Below are positions 22,379 through 50,061 of a stretch of DNA of 64,000 nucleotides, piece after piece. A program made the position numbers and the translations under genes. The stretch is taken from the NCBI RefSeq assembly GCF_009914755.1, contig NC_060947.1. One strand, 5' to 3'. Below the pieces are notes generated by a model. That model worked only from the letters and a program-made list of their open reading frames with translations. It made no database searches and was not told the DNA's origin. Position 1 is the first letter of the stretch, and every line of letters starts with the position of its first letter. This DNA comes from the human T2T-CHM13v2.0 reference genome, Homo sapiens.

Positions 22379-22689
22379 TTATTTCTTGATGATATGCTAA
22401 ACAAGGGGTGGATTATTCATGTCTCCCCATTTTAGACCACATAGGGTAACTTCCCGATGTTGCCATGGCATTTGTAAACTGTCAGGTCGGTGGTAGTAGT
22501 GTGGCGGTGAGGAGGTCACTAGACTAGAGGTCACTCTCATCACCATTTTGGTTTTGGTGGGTTTTTGCCAGCTTTCTTACTGCAACCTGTTTTATCAGCA
22601 AGGTCTTTATGACCTGTATTTTGTGCTGACCTCCTCTCTCATCCTGTGACTTAGAATGCCTTAACTGTCTGGTAATGCAATCACCATTC

Positions 22690-22920
22690 AGCTGCAGCCT
22701 CAAACTGCCAGGCTCAAGTGATCCTCCTACCTTAGCCTCCAAAGTAGCTGGGACCACAGGCACGAGCCACCATGCCCGGCTATTTTTTTTTTTTTTGGTA
22801 GAGATTGGGGGTGGGGAGTCTCACTATGTTGCCCAGTCTCAAACTCCTGGGCTCAAGTGATCCTCCTGCCTCAGCCTCCCACAGTGCTGGGATTACAGGT
22901 TTGAGCCACCGCACCCAGCC
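22690..22920 (-). mobile_element. AluJ lacking its 3' end
   Basis: Begins mid right arm, abutting the truncated MER41A. Confidence 0.85.
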
Positions 22921-22924
22921 ACAG

Positions 22925-23100
22925 AGGGCATGAACTTTGAATTCAGACTTGGGCTCAACCTAGTTCTTTAACTTACTAGCTATATGACCTTGGGTAAGTT
23001 CCTGAAATTTTCCTAGCCTGATGGCATTGTTATGCAGATCAAAAGAGTACCAGGTTACATGCATTGTGCTAAGAACAGTGCCCAGCACATAATAAGTATC
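22925..23100 (+). mobile_element. MIR
   Basis: actttgaattcagacttggg...acttactagctatatgaccttgggtaagtt...agaacagtgcccagcacataataagt. Confidence 0.75.
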
Positions 23101-23107
23101 CAATTTG

Positions 23108-23424
<317 letters not shown>

Positions 23425-23879
23425 TTAACACTCAAATAGTACTGGAAGACTAGTATTAGTAATAACCATTGTCATGGCACATAAATAATACTCAATACAT
23501 GGTGGGTATCATTACATCTCTTCTGAACTTTTATACCACTCTTCTTGTTTCTGTCACTCCTGCAGTCGTTATGTTGCCATTATTTGCGTATGTTATCTCC
23601 ATGCTGGATTATAAACTTCTTTAGGGCAGGTTGTGTATCACTCTTATTTATATTTCCCATTGTGCAAGCCTTCAATATTTGTGTGTTAAGTGACTACATG
23701 TTTGTAACATAGCCCATTGATCATAACATTACAGTTGCTGCTGTGGTGAAAGCCCATTACATTGTGAGCAAATGTTAACAGCCTTCCCTATAAGAGAGAA
23801 TACAATAAATTCTTGCCCTCCTTTAATTGCCATACAAAATACTGTACTTAATTAAGTAGATATCCACTTAAACTAGTAG

Positions 23880-24219
<340 letters not shown>

Positions 24220-25039
24220 AAGAATTATTAGTTTATTAAATAATTGTTTCCCTTTTTGGCAGTGGAGCTATATTCTAAAAATTTATAATGTGCTATGATA
24301 TATTCTATATTTCTATATCTAATTCAATTTACATAAGAAGTATTTCAAATGTTTATAAGTAAAAAATTATTTCTCTCATCTATAAAAAAGACTATATTAA
24401 CATACTAATGAAGAAAAGTTTAAAAACAATACAATTTTAAATCGGAACTGACATTGTGTTTTATGCTATTTTGTTTTTAATGCAACAAGATGTTTGGTGT
24501 TTTCAATAAACGCAGGCTGCATAGTGTCAACTGATGTAATAAACATAGAAAATACAAAGATCCATTTTGTCACTGTGAGTTTCAGATGGTAAACAAATTA
24601 AAAGAATGCTGTATTTGTCTCCTGAGAAGGCAATAGTAACACGTTGCTTATTAGGATAAAGAATTTCATTCCTATACAAAGGAGAAATGAAATTAAAACT
24701 CAAATACAAAACAAAATTCATATAAATTGATTCCACATTTTATGCTAATATAAGCATACCTTGTTTTATTGCACTTCGCTTTAATGCGCTGGGCAGACAT
24801 TGTGTTTTTTTACAAATTGAAGGTTTGCGGCAACTTTGCGTTAAACAAGTCTATCGGTGCCATTTTTCCAACAGCATGTGCTCACTTCATGTCTCTTTGT
24901 CACATTTTGGTAATTCTCAAAATATTTCCAACTCTTTCATTATTATTATATCTGTTATGGTGATCTGTGATCAGTGATCTGTTTTAAAAAATTATTTATT
25001 ATACTGTGCACATGCCTTGGAAGTTTGTGTGAAATGTTT

Positions 25040-25742
<703 letters not shown>

Positions 25743-26901
25743 ATCAGTGATCTTTGATGTTACTATTGTAATTGTTTTGGGGCACCAGGAACAGCTCCCA
25801 TAGAAGAGAACAAACTTAATCAATAAATGTTTTGTGTGTTCTTACGCCTTCACTGGCCATTTCTCTATCTTTCTCACTCTCCTCAGGCCTCCCTATTCCC
25901 TGAGACACAACAATATTGAAATTAGGCCGATTGATAACCCTACAGTGGCTTCTAAGTATTCAATGAAAGGAAGACTCACAGTCCTCTCTCTTTAAATCAG
26001 AAGCTAGAAATGATTAAGCTTAGTGAGGAAGGCATATCAAAAGGAGAGATAGGCCAAAACTAGGCCTCTTGCCCCCAACAGTTGTGAATGCAAAAGAAAA
26101 CTTCTTAAAGGAAATTGAAAGTGCTACTCCATTCAACACACAAACAATAAAAAAGCAAAACAGCCTTATTGCTGATATGGAAAAAGTCTGAGTGGTCTGG
26201 ATAGAAGATCAAACCAGCCACAACATTCCCTTAAGCCAAAGCCTAATCCAGAGCAAGACCCTAACTCTTTTCAATTCTGTGAAGGCTGAGAGAGATAAAG
26301 AAGCTGTAGAATAAAAATTGAAAGCTAGCAGAGGTTGGTTCATGGGGTTTAAAGAAAGAAGCTGTTTCCGTAACATAAAAGTGCAAGATGAAGTAGCAAG
26401 TGCTGATGGAGAAGCCGCAGCAAGTTATTCAGAAGATCTAGCTAAGATCATTGATGAAGGTAGCTACACTAAACAACAGATTTTCAATGCAGATGAAAAG
26501 CCTTTTATTGGAAGAAGATGCCATCTAGGACTTTCATAGCTAGAGAGAAGTCAATGACTGGCTTCAAAGCTTCTAAGCTAAGGAAAGGCTGACCCTCTTG
26601 TTAGAGGCTAATGCAGCTGGTGACCTTAAGTTGAAACCAATGCTCAGAAAATCCTAGAGACCTTAAGAATTATGCTAAGTCTACTGCCTGTGCTCTATAA
26701 ATGGAACAACAAAGCCTGGATGACATCACATCTGTTTATAGCACAGTTTATTAAGTAGTATAAGTCCACTGTTGAGACCTACTGCTCAGAAAAAAAGATG
26801 CCTTTCAAAATATTACTTCTCATTGAGAATGCACCTGTTCACCCAAGAGCTCTGATAGAGATGTACAAGGAGGAGAGTAATGTTGTTTTCATGCCTGCTA
26901 A

Positions 26902-27520
<619 letters not shown>

Positions 27521-27584
27521 TCTGCATCCATTCTTAATCCCCATGGATCAAGGAGTGATTTTGACTTTCAAGTCTTACTATTTA

Positions 27585-28445
<861 letters not shown>

Positions 28446-28611
28446 GAAATACATTTCATAAGGCTATAGTGGCCACTAATAGTGATTTTCTTGGTTATCT
28501 GAGCAACGTAAGTTGAAAACCTTCTGGAAAGAATTCACAAATTCTCAATGCCATTAGAACATTCATGATTTATGGGAGGAGGTCAAAATATCAACTTTAG
28601 CAGGAGTTTGA

Positions 28612-29249
<638 letters not shown>

Positions 29250-29884
29250 AATTTTGAAGAAAGTTCTACTATGGGTAAAATGCTATCAAACAGCATCGCA
29301 TACTATAGAGAAATCTTTCACAACAAGAAAAGCCAATCAATGCAGCAAACTTCATTGTTGTCTTAAGAAATTGCCATAGCCACACCAACCTTCAGCAACC
29401 ACCACCCTGATCAGTCAGCAGCCATCAACATTGAGCAAGTACCTCCACGAGCAAAAAGATTATATGAGTCACTGAAGGCTCAGATGATTGTTAGCATTCT
29501 TTAGCAATAAAGTATGTCTTAGTTAAGGTATGTACTTTTTTTAGACATAACGCTATTGCACACTTAATAGACTACAGTACACTGTAAACAATGTTTTTCT
29601 GCACTGAGAAATAAAAAAACTGTGTGACTCACTTTATTGTGATATTTGCTTTATTGTGGTAGTCTGGAACAGAAGCACAGTATCTCCAAGTTATCCCTGT
29701 ATGTATGTATATGTATATGTATATATAGTTATATCCACAATCCACACAGCACCTGCAAGATTTGGAAGTCAGGAGACTAGAAGGAATTATAGAAACTCAT
29801 CCAAAATAGAGGTAACCTTAGAGACTCTCCTACTGAAATGTTGCTTAATTTAACAATACAGCAATTAAAAAAAAAAAAAAAGAG

Positions 29885-30934
<1,050 letters not shown>

Positions 30935-32625
30935 CTTTAGACTTTTTTTTTTTTTTTTTTTTTTTACTAACCCACATAAAAGGTTTATTGATATGGTTTG
31001 GCTGTGTCCCCACCCAAATCTCATCTTGAATTGTAGTTCCCATAATCCCCATGTGTTGTGGGAGGGACCCAGTGGGAGGTAATTGAATCATGGGGGTGGT
31101 TACCCAGATGCTGTTCTTGCGATAGTGAGTGAGTTCTCATGAGATCAGATGCTTTTATAAGGGGCTTTTCCTCTTTTGTTCGGCACTTCTCCTTGCTGCC
31201 ACCATGTGAATAAGGACATGTTTGCTTCCCCTTCCACCATGGTTGTAAGTTTCCTGAGGCCTCCCCGCTATGCAGAACTGTAAGTCAATTAAACCTCTTT
31301 CCTTTATAAATTATGCAGTCTTGGGTATTTCTTGATATTGCATGAGAACAGACTAATACAATAAACTGGTACAGGTAAAGTGGGGTGTTGCTATAAGGAT
31401 ACCTGAGAATGTGGAAGTGACTTTGGAACTTGGTAACACACAGAGATTGGAACAGTTTGGAGGGCACAGAAGACAGGAAGATGTGGGAAAGTTTGGAACT
31501 TCCTAGAGACTCACTGAATGGCTTTGAGCAAAATACTGATAGTGATATGGACAACGAAGTCCAGGCTGAGGTGGTCTCAGATGGAGATGAGGAACTTGTT
31601 GGGAACTGGAGTAAAGGTCACTCTTGCTATGCAAAGAGATTGGTGTCATTTTGTCCCTGCCCTAGAGATCTGTGGAAGTATTAATTTGAGAGAGATTATT
31701 TAGGGTACTGGCAGAAGAAATTTCTAAGCAGCAAAGCATTCAAGAGGAAGTAGAGCATAAAAGTTTGGAAAATTTGCAGTCTTACGATGCGACAGGAAAG
31801 AAAAACCCATTTTCTAGAGAGAAAGTCAAGCTGGCTGCAGAAATTTACATAAGTAACAAGGATCCAAATGTTAATCACCAAGACAATGGGGAAAATGTCT
31901 CCACCACATGTCAGGGACCTATGAGGCAGCCCCTTCCATCACAAGCCTGGAGGCCTAGAAGGGAAAAATTGTTTCCTGGGCCAGGTCCGGGGTCCCCCTA
32001 CTGTGTGCAGTCTTGGGACTTAGTGGCCTGCATCTAAGCCACTCTAGCCGTGGCTAAAAGGGGCCAATGTACAGCTCAGATCATTGCTTCAGAGGGTGCA
32101 AGCACCAAGCCTTGGCAGCTTCCATGTGGTGTTGAGCCTGTGGGTCCACAGAAGTCAAGAATTGAGGTTTGGGAACCTCTGCCTAGATTTCAGAGAATGT
32201 ATGGAAAGGCCTGGATGTCCAGGCAGATGTTTTCTGCAGGGGCAGAGCCCTCATGGAGAACCTCTGCTAGGGCAGTGTGGAAGGGAAACATGGGGTCAGA
32301 GCCCCCACACAGAGTCCCCACTGTGGCACTGCCTAGTGGAGCTGTGAGAGGAGGGCCACCGCCCTCCAGACAGCAGAATGGTAGATCCACTGACAGCTTG
32401 CACTGTGCACCTGGAAAACTTGCAGGCACTCAATGCCAGCCCGTGAAAGCAGCTGGGAAAGGGACCGTACCCTGCAAAGCCACAGAGGTGGAACTGCCCA
32501 AGGCCATTGGAATCCACTTCTTGCATCGCATGACCAGGATGTGAGACATGGAGTCAAAGGAAATCATTTCGGAATTTTAAGGTTTAATGACTGCCCTATT
32601 GTATTTTGGACTTGCATAAGGCCTA

Positions 32626-33020
<395 letters not shown>

Positions 33021-33344
33021 AAGTGACTAACTTGCTTTTGATTTTAAAGGCTCATAGATGAAAGGGACTTGCCTTGTCTCAGATGAGACTTTGGACTTGG
33101 ACTTTTGAGATAATGTTGGAATGAGTTAAGACTTTGGGGAACTGTTGGAAGAGCATGATTGTGTTTTGAAATGCGAGGACATGAGATTTGGGAGGGGCCA
33201 CGGGCAGAATGATACGATTTGGCCAATTGTAGTTCCCATAGTCCCCACATGTTGTGGGAGGGACCCAGTGGAAGGTAATTTAATCATGGTGGTAGTTACC
33301 TTCATGCTGTTTCATGATGAGTGAGATTTCACGAGATCTGATGG

Positions 33345-33652
<308 letters not shown>

Positions 33653-34372
33653 TGATGGTTTTATAAGGGGCTTTTCCCCTTTTGACCGGCACTTCTCCTT
33701 CCTGCCCCCAGGTGAAGAAGGAGTGTTTGCTTCCCTTTCTGCCATGACTGTAAGTTCCCTGAAGCCTTCCCAGCCATGCTGAACTGTGAGTCAATTAAAC
33801 CTCTTTCCTTTATAAATTACCCAGTCTCAGGTATTTCTTCTTAGCAGTGTGAGAATGGACTAATACATTTATATTTTCTATTAGATACACTCCTACTTTT
33901 TTATTCCTGTGATATCTGATTATATAACTTCATGTCGTTTGTCAGGGTATATTTATTTGTAGTTTTCTTCTTATGTTTCAGATTTTTTTTTTAACAAAAC
34001 AAGCAAATCTTTAAGTTTAAGGTCTCTTTGATTCTCACTCTAGTTGTGGCAGACAAACTTTAGGGTAGGCCTCCATGATTTCCACCTCCTGGTATTGTTA
34101 CCCTTCTACATTTCCCTCCTTTTGAGTATGGGTGAGACCTGTGACTTGCTTCTAAACAGTAGAACATGGCAAAGGTGATGGGATGTCACTCCTATGATCA
34201 CATTACATTATATAACTCCAACTTACTAACAGATTCTCTCTCTTTTTGCTGGCTTTGAAGAAGCAAGCTGCAGCGAATCCTACAATTGTGAAAAACTGAA
34301 TGCTGCTAACAACTGTGGGAATGTAGAAGAAAATGCTTCTATAGTTAAGTCTCCAATTAAAAGCTTTGTCTT

Positions 34373-34658
34373 CTGGGTCCTGTGGTTCACACCTGTAATC
34401 CCAATACTTTGGGAAGCCGAGGTGGGAGGACCACTTGAGCCCAGGAGTTCAAGACCACCCTGGGCAACATAGCAAGATCCTGTCTCTACAAAAATAAATT
34501 TAAAAATTAGCTGGGCATGGTGACATGAGCCTGTAATCCAAGCTACTCAGGAAGCTGAGGTGGGAGGTCATGGCTGCAGCGAGCTATGATACCACCACTG
34601 CACTTCAGCCTGGGTGACAAATCAAAACTGTGTCTCAAAAATAAATAAATAAAAATAA
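34373..34658 (+). mobile_element. AluJ in the MLT1 LTR
   Basis: TSD taaaagctttgtc. Confidence 0.9.
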
Positions 34659-35134
34659 AAGCTTTGTCAACACCTTGATTGTAGCTTGTGGGACCCTAAG
34701 CAGAGCACCTAGCTAAGCAACGCCCAGACTTCTCATACAAACTACAAGACAGTAAATGTGTGGTGTCGTAAGCCACTAAATGTGTGGTAATTTCTTATGC
34801 AACAATAGAAAACTGCTGTAGATTTTCTACTTGGAATGGGGTGCTGTTGTAACATGTACCTTAAAAATGTGAGAATGGCTTTGGAATTGGGTAGTGAGTA
34901 GAGGCTGGAAGAATTTGAAGGAGCGTGATAAAGTTGAAATCACCTTGAACAGGATGTCAGTAGGAATCTAGACTTTGAGGATGCTGCTGGGGAGGCCACA
35001 AGTGGAAGTGAGGAACATGTTATTGGAAACTGGAGGAAAAGGGATCTTTGTTATGTGGTGGCAGAAAGCATATGCAGTTATGTGGAAAGGAGAATTTGTA
35101 AGAGATAGACTTCAATATACAGCCAAGGAGATTT

Positions 35135-36969
<1,835 letters not shown>

Positions 36970-37416
36970 TATTCAGCTCTACAAAGGGCCCTTTTAAGAC
37001 ATTAAAGGTGTGCCTCACAGATCCTTTAAATCAAACCAGAGAGACTCTAGGAAGTTTACAGGTGTTGTCTCTCAGTCATTTGAACACAATCCCAAAATAG
37101 AGAAAGACTCACAGAAGGCAAAGCGAAGATCGATGGGTGAGGCTTTTATCTAAGCAAGTCAACACCATTCGAATCAACCAAAGACTCAAAACCTTGAGGG
37201 AAATATTTCAGCAGAAATACTGCCGACTTGAACCAAAAGGGACAGAGTATAGAATGAAGGGAGACAGACTCCCCAAATTCTACTCACAGGAAGTAGGCTG
37301 ATACAACTACTCAGCTGAAAATACATACTACCTTTCCTGAAAAAGAAAGGATGACTCCAAGGATGGAAACAATGGCCTTGAGAATGGAACCAAGAGCCAC
37401 AGATAATTATTCCTAG

Positions 37417-37760
<344 letters not shown>

Positions 37761-37993
37761 CTTCTTCTTTTTTTTAACCATCCATAGGACTTTGCTTGAC
37801 ACCAAATTCTCCATCCACAGAAACTGTGAGATAATAAATATAATAAATGTGTCTAGTTTTAAGCCATTCATTTTGTGGTAATAATGTTATGTAGAAATAA
37901 ATAACTAACACACTAGTCTTATCTTATTTCCTTCATCCCAAGTCTAAGCACTATCGTGTATGTCTTTGCGCCCATGTTTAAATCACTTTTCTA

Positions 37994-38916
<923 letters not shown>

Positions 38917-39079
38917 TTCATTAGTTTTTAGATGTTCATAAATGGTATCACAGTGTACATATTGTGCAACTGGCATTGTTCTCTCAATATTATATTTTTG
39001 AGATAGAGCCATATGCTCCACTGTATAAGCATGTCACATTTGTTTATCCATTCCATTATTGACGGACATTTACTTTGTG

Positions 39080-40788
<1,709 letters not shown>

Positions 40789-40844
40789 TGGGTGTATGTA
40801 TTTTATTTTATTTTTGAGCATTACAAATGAGCAGATACATAAAA

Positions 40845-41167
<323 letters not shown>

Positions 41168-41169
41168 TG

Positions 41170-41294
41170 ATGTCAGTAGCTAGAAATCAGCCACAGTGGT
41201 AGTATTTACACCATAGATATTGGCAAATGCTAGAAAAGAGAACTTTTTATCCCTGCAGAGAGCTAGTGATTACATATTTGCTACCACACTACTG
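41170..41294 (+). mobile_element. MER63-like hAT fragment
   Basis: gtatttacaccatagatattggcaaatgcta ... catatttgctaccacactactg. Confidence 0.55.
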
Positions 41295-41727
41295 CATATC
41301 CTGGTGTTTATGTAAAAAGTTTCTCTAGATTATAGTCACAGAAGAAGAATTTTTAAATCTTAGGATTTTAACATTTAAAATTTTACTATATGTTGTTGAA
41401 TTGTCCAGGGAAGTGTTTGTACCATTTTATATTCCCACCACCAATGGGAAAGTTCATGATTTTTCAAATCCTCACCAATGCTTGCTATTTATTTTTATCA
41501 AACTTTTGGCTATGAACTGGTATAATTATTTGGTTTTTGTTTATTAGTAACAGCCTTATTGAGATATAGCTGACATATAATAGACTGCACGTTTAACCTG
41601 TACAAAACTGATGTTTATATATATATATATATATGTGCACCCATAACATCATCACTATATCATGACAGACAATAATGAATATATCTATCATCCTTGAAAG
41701 TTTCCTTGTGCCCATTTGTTATTGCTC

Positions 41728-42605
<878 letters not shown>

Positions 42606-42606
42606 C

Positions 42607-42658
<52 letters not shown>

Positions 42659-42705
42659 GATAGGTAGATATCGTACCACTGTACTCAAGCCTGGGCGACA
42701 GAGCA

Positions 42706-42750
<45 letters not shown>

Positions 42751-42889
42751 TTATTTATTTATATATTTTTATATATTTATTTATATATTTATATATTTAT
42801 TTTTTTATATATTTTATATATTTATTTTTATATATTTATATATTTATTTTTATATATTTATATATATTTATTTTTATATATATTTATAT

Positions 42890-42930
<41 letters not shown>
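42607..42930. repeat. Compound STR: (TAGA)n, Alu scrap, (TA)n/AT-rich, (CA)n
   Basis: Seen directly. Confidence 0.95.
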
Positions 42931-42932
<2 letters not shown>

Positions 42933-43034
42933 ATGTTGCCCAGGCTGGTCTCAAACTCCTGGGCTTGAGCTATCCTCCCTTCTCTGCTTCCCTAAGTGCT
43001 AGCATTACGGTGTGAGCCACTGCGCCTGGTCTAG

Positions 43035-43915
43035 TTCATTTTTTAAATTTTTAACTAGTATTCCATTATATGAATATACTACAATTTGTTTATCCATTCA
43101 CATACTCATAGATAGTAGGGTGATTTCTAGCTTTTGGCTATTACAAATAAAGCTGCTATGTACAAGTCTTCTTGTGGACATAAGTTTTCATCTCTCTTGG
43201 GTAGATACCTAAGAATGTTGTTACTGGATCATGGGCATATATTTAATCTTATAAGACACTGCCAAACTTTTCCAAAGTGGTTGTATAATTCAACATTGTC
43301 ACTAGCAGAGTATGAGAGTTCCAGTTGCTCCACATCCTTGTCAACACTTGGTATGGCCAGATTTTTTTTTTTTTTTTTTTTTACATTTTAGACTTTATAA
43401 TATGTGTATAGTGATATCTCATAGTGGTTTAATTTGTATTTCTCTATTGAATAGTCATTATTTTATTGTATTTTATTTTAATTAAAGCCTCAAATTCCTG
43501 GGCTCAAGTGATCCTCCTACCTCAGCCTCTGAGTAGCTGAGACAACAGGCACAAGCCACCACTCCCAGCAACTAATAATTTTAAGTATCTTTTCATGTAC
43601 TTATTTTCCATCTGTATATCTTCTTTGGTGAAGTATCTGTTCAGACCTTTTTCTATTCTTTTTTGGATTGTTTGTCTATTTATTATTCAGTTTAGGAGTT
43701 CTTTATAGACTCAGAATACAAGTCCTTACCAGATAAGTGGTTTCCAAATATTTTCTCCTAGTCCATGGCTTGTCTTTTCCTTCTCTTAATAGTGTCTGAC
43801 CAGAAGTTCTTAATTTTGATGTATCTCATTTTTTTTTTTGGATTGTGCTTTTGGTGTAGTATCACATAAATCTTTGCCTAACCCAAGATCACAAATATTT
43901 TTTTCCTATTTAACT
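43035..43915 (-). mobile_element. L1M fragments
   Basis: gtttatccattca...gagagttccagttgctccacatccttgtcaacacttggta...ttccaaatattttctcctagtc. Confidence 0.75.
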
Positions 43916-44025
43916 GCCAGAGGGGGAAGAAAGAAGATATATTCGATAGAAGACAGTTGAAGAATATCCTTAAAGTACTGGAATTCTATATCCAGTGAAA
44001 ATATCTTTCAAAATTAAGACAATGT

Positions 44026-44610
<585 letters not shown>

Positions 44611-44616
44611 TGTTGA

Positions 44617-45497
<881 letters not shown>

Positions 45498-45721
45498 GTA
45501 GTAAATATAAATGACCATTTTCTTATTATTTAAGTAACTATAAAAGATAATTGAATGTTTAAAGCAAAAATAAAAACAATATCTTGTGGGGCTTATAAGA
45601 TGTAAAGGTAAAATATAGGATAACAATAGCACAAAAGCCTAAAGGGGAGAAATAGAAGTGTAATGTAAACTCTTTTTCTTTTATTTTTTTAATTTACATT
45701 TTTTAATTTTAGTAGAGATGG

Positions 45722-45953
45722 TAATATGGTTTGAATTTGTGTACCAGCCCAAATCTCATTTCGAATTTTTTCTTTTCTTCTTTCTTTCTTTTTTTTTTTT
45801 TGAGACAGAGTTTTGTGCTTGTTGCCCAGGCTGGAGTGTACTGGCACAATTTCGGCTCACTGCAACCTCCGCCTCCCGGTTCAAGCGATTCTCCTGCCTC
45901 AGCCTCCCAAGTAGCTGGTATTACAGGCACTTGCCACCATGCCCAGCTAATTT

Positions 45954-46004
<51 letters not shown>

Positions 46005-46126
46005 AGAGACAAGGTTTCACCATGTTGGCCAGGCTGGTCTCAAACTCCTGACCTCAGGTGATCGGTCCGCCTCAGCCTCCCAAAGTGCTGGGATTACAGG
46101 CACTTGCCACCATGCCCAGCTAATTT

Positions 46127-46158
<32 letters not shown>

Positions 46159-46496
46159 ACTAGAGACAAGGTTTCACCATGTTGGCCAGGCTGGTCTCAA
46201 ACTCCTGACCTCAGGTGATCGGTCCGCCTCAGCCTCCCAAAGTGCTGGGATTACAGGCATGAGCCACCGTGCCTGGCTCCTGTCAAATTTTAACCCCCAA
46301 TGTTGGAGAAGGGGCCTGGTGGGAGATGACTGAATAATGTGGGTGGATTCCCCCTTGCTGTTCTCATGATTGCAAGTTTCCTGAGGCCTCCCCAGTAATG
46401 CTTCCTATACAGCCTGCAGAACCGTGAGCCCATTAAACCTCTTTTCTTTATAAATTACCAAGTCTCAGGTGGTTCTTTACAGCAGTGCAAGAATGG
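45722..46496 (+). mobile_element. MSTA-like MaLR LTR inserted in an Alu monomer and itself interrupted by an Alu
   Basis: taatatggtttgaatttgtgt...cccaaatctcat; aaacctcttttctttataaattacc; host Alu resumes gagatggggtct at ~46496. Confidence 0.8.
45766..46277 (-). mobile_element. AluS with perfect internal tandem duplication
   Basis: 45920-46092 and 46093-46249 identical except poly-T length (42 vs 26). Confidence 0.95.
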
Positions 46497-46799
46497 AGAT
46501 GGGGTCTTAAGCTATGCTGCCCAGGCTGGTCTTTAACTTTTGGGTGCAAGCGATCCTCCTACCTCAGCCTCTCAAAGTCCTGGGATTACAGGCATGAGCC
46601 ACTGTGCCTGGCCTAAAGTTCTAATACTAAACATTAAGTAGTGTAATAAGTTAAAGATGTTAACAATTTTAGCTAAGAAATGTACATCCTTGTGCATTTT
46701 TCCCTGTATTTCTGAATGAGAACTTCTTTAGTTTTTTATCAATGAAGTGAATTTGTAAGGTCAAAGAACATGTGCTTATTGAGTGTCTTCATTAGAGAG

Positions 46800-48472
<1,673 letters not shown>

Positions 48473-48936
48473 TAAGCCTTTAGTTCACCTAGAATTCATT
48501 TTTGTTTAAGATCAAATTGTTTTTCTGTTTGGCTTCAGTTGCCCCAGTATCAGGTCATCTTTTCCCTATTGATTTATAAAGCTACCTTTGCTGTATACGA
48601 AATTTCCATAATTTTTTGGGTCTGTTTCTAAATTTTTAAAATTATGTTCAATTAATCTATTTATCTATCTCTGAACTATTAGCACACTGGTTTATTTTAC
48701 TATAGCTTTGTAATAAGTCTTAATGTTTGGTAGGGCAAATCTCACTTCTTATTCTTCAGAAACTTATTGAGTATTCTACAGAATTTCTTCACATTGCAGG
48801 CAGAGTTTTTTTGTTTTTGTTTTTTTTGTAATTGAGATTAGCACTAAGACATTGTGCAGTTCCCACCACACTTGGAAAAATCTGAATTCCTTACCCTGAC
48901 CTACAAAGCCCTCTGTGATCTACCCTTGATACCTTC

Positions 48937-49563
<627 letters not shown>

Positions 49564-49685
49564 TGCCCTTCATACCTTCTACTGTGTACTTCTAATCTTT
49601 TATATGAGTTTTAGAATTCGCTTGTCAAGTTCCAAGGAAATTCATGTTTAGATTTTGTTTTGAATTGCCTTGCATTTGTAGATTT

Positions 49686-49781
49686 CTCTTTCTTTTCTTT
49701 TCTTTTCTTTTTCCTTCCTTCCTTCCTTCCTTCCTTCCTTCCTTCCTTCCTTCCTTCCTTCCTTCCTTCCTTCCTTCCTTC

Positions 49782-49876
<95 letters not shown>
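49686..49876 (+). repeat. (CTTC)n-(CTTT)n microsatellite (Alu tail)
   Basis: About 190 bp pure pyrimidine tract. Confidence 0.95.
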
Positions 49877-50061
49877 GTTTTTGAGATGGAGTCTCACTGT
49901 GTCACCCACTCCGGAGTGCAGTGGCACGCGATCTTGGCTCACTGCAACCTCCCCTTCTTGGGTTCAAGCTATTATCCCTTCCTCAGCCTCCCAAGTAGCT
50001 GGGATTACAGGCGCCTGCCACCACGCCTGGCTGATTTTTTGTATTTTTAGTAGAGACAGGG
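49877..50061 (-). mobile_element. Alu right arm and linker; left arm missing
   Basis: Ends at agagacaggg where the VNTR begins. Confidence 0.9.
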
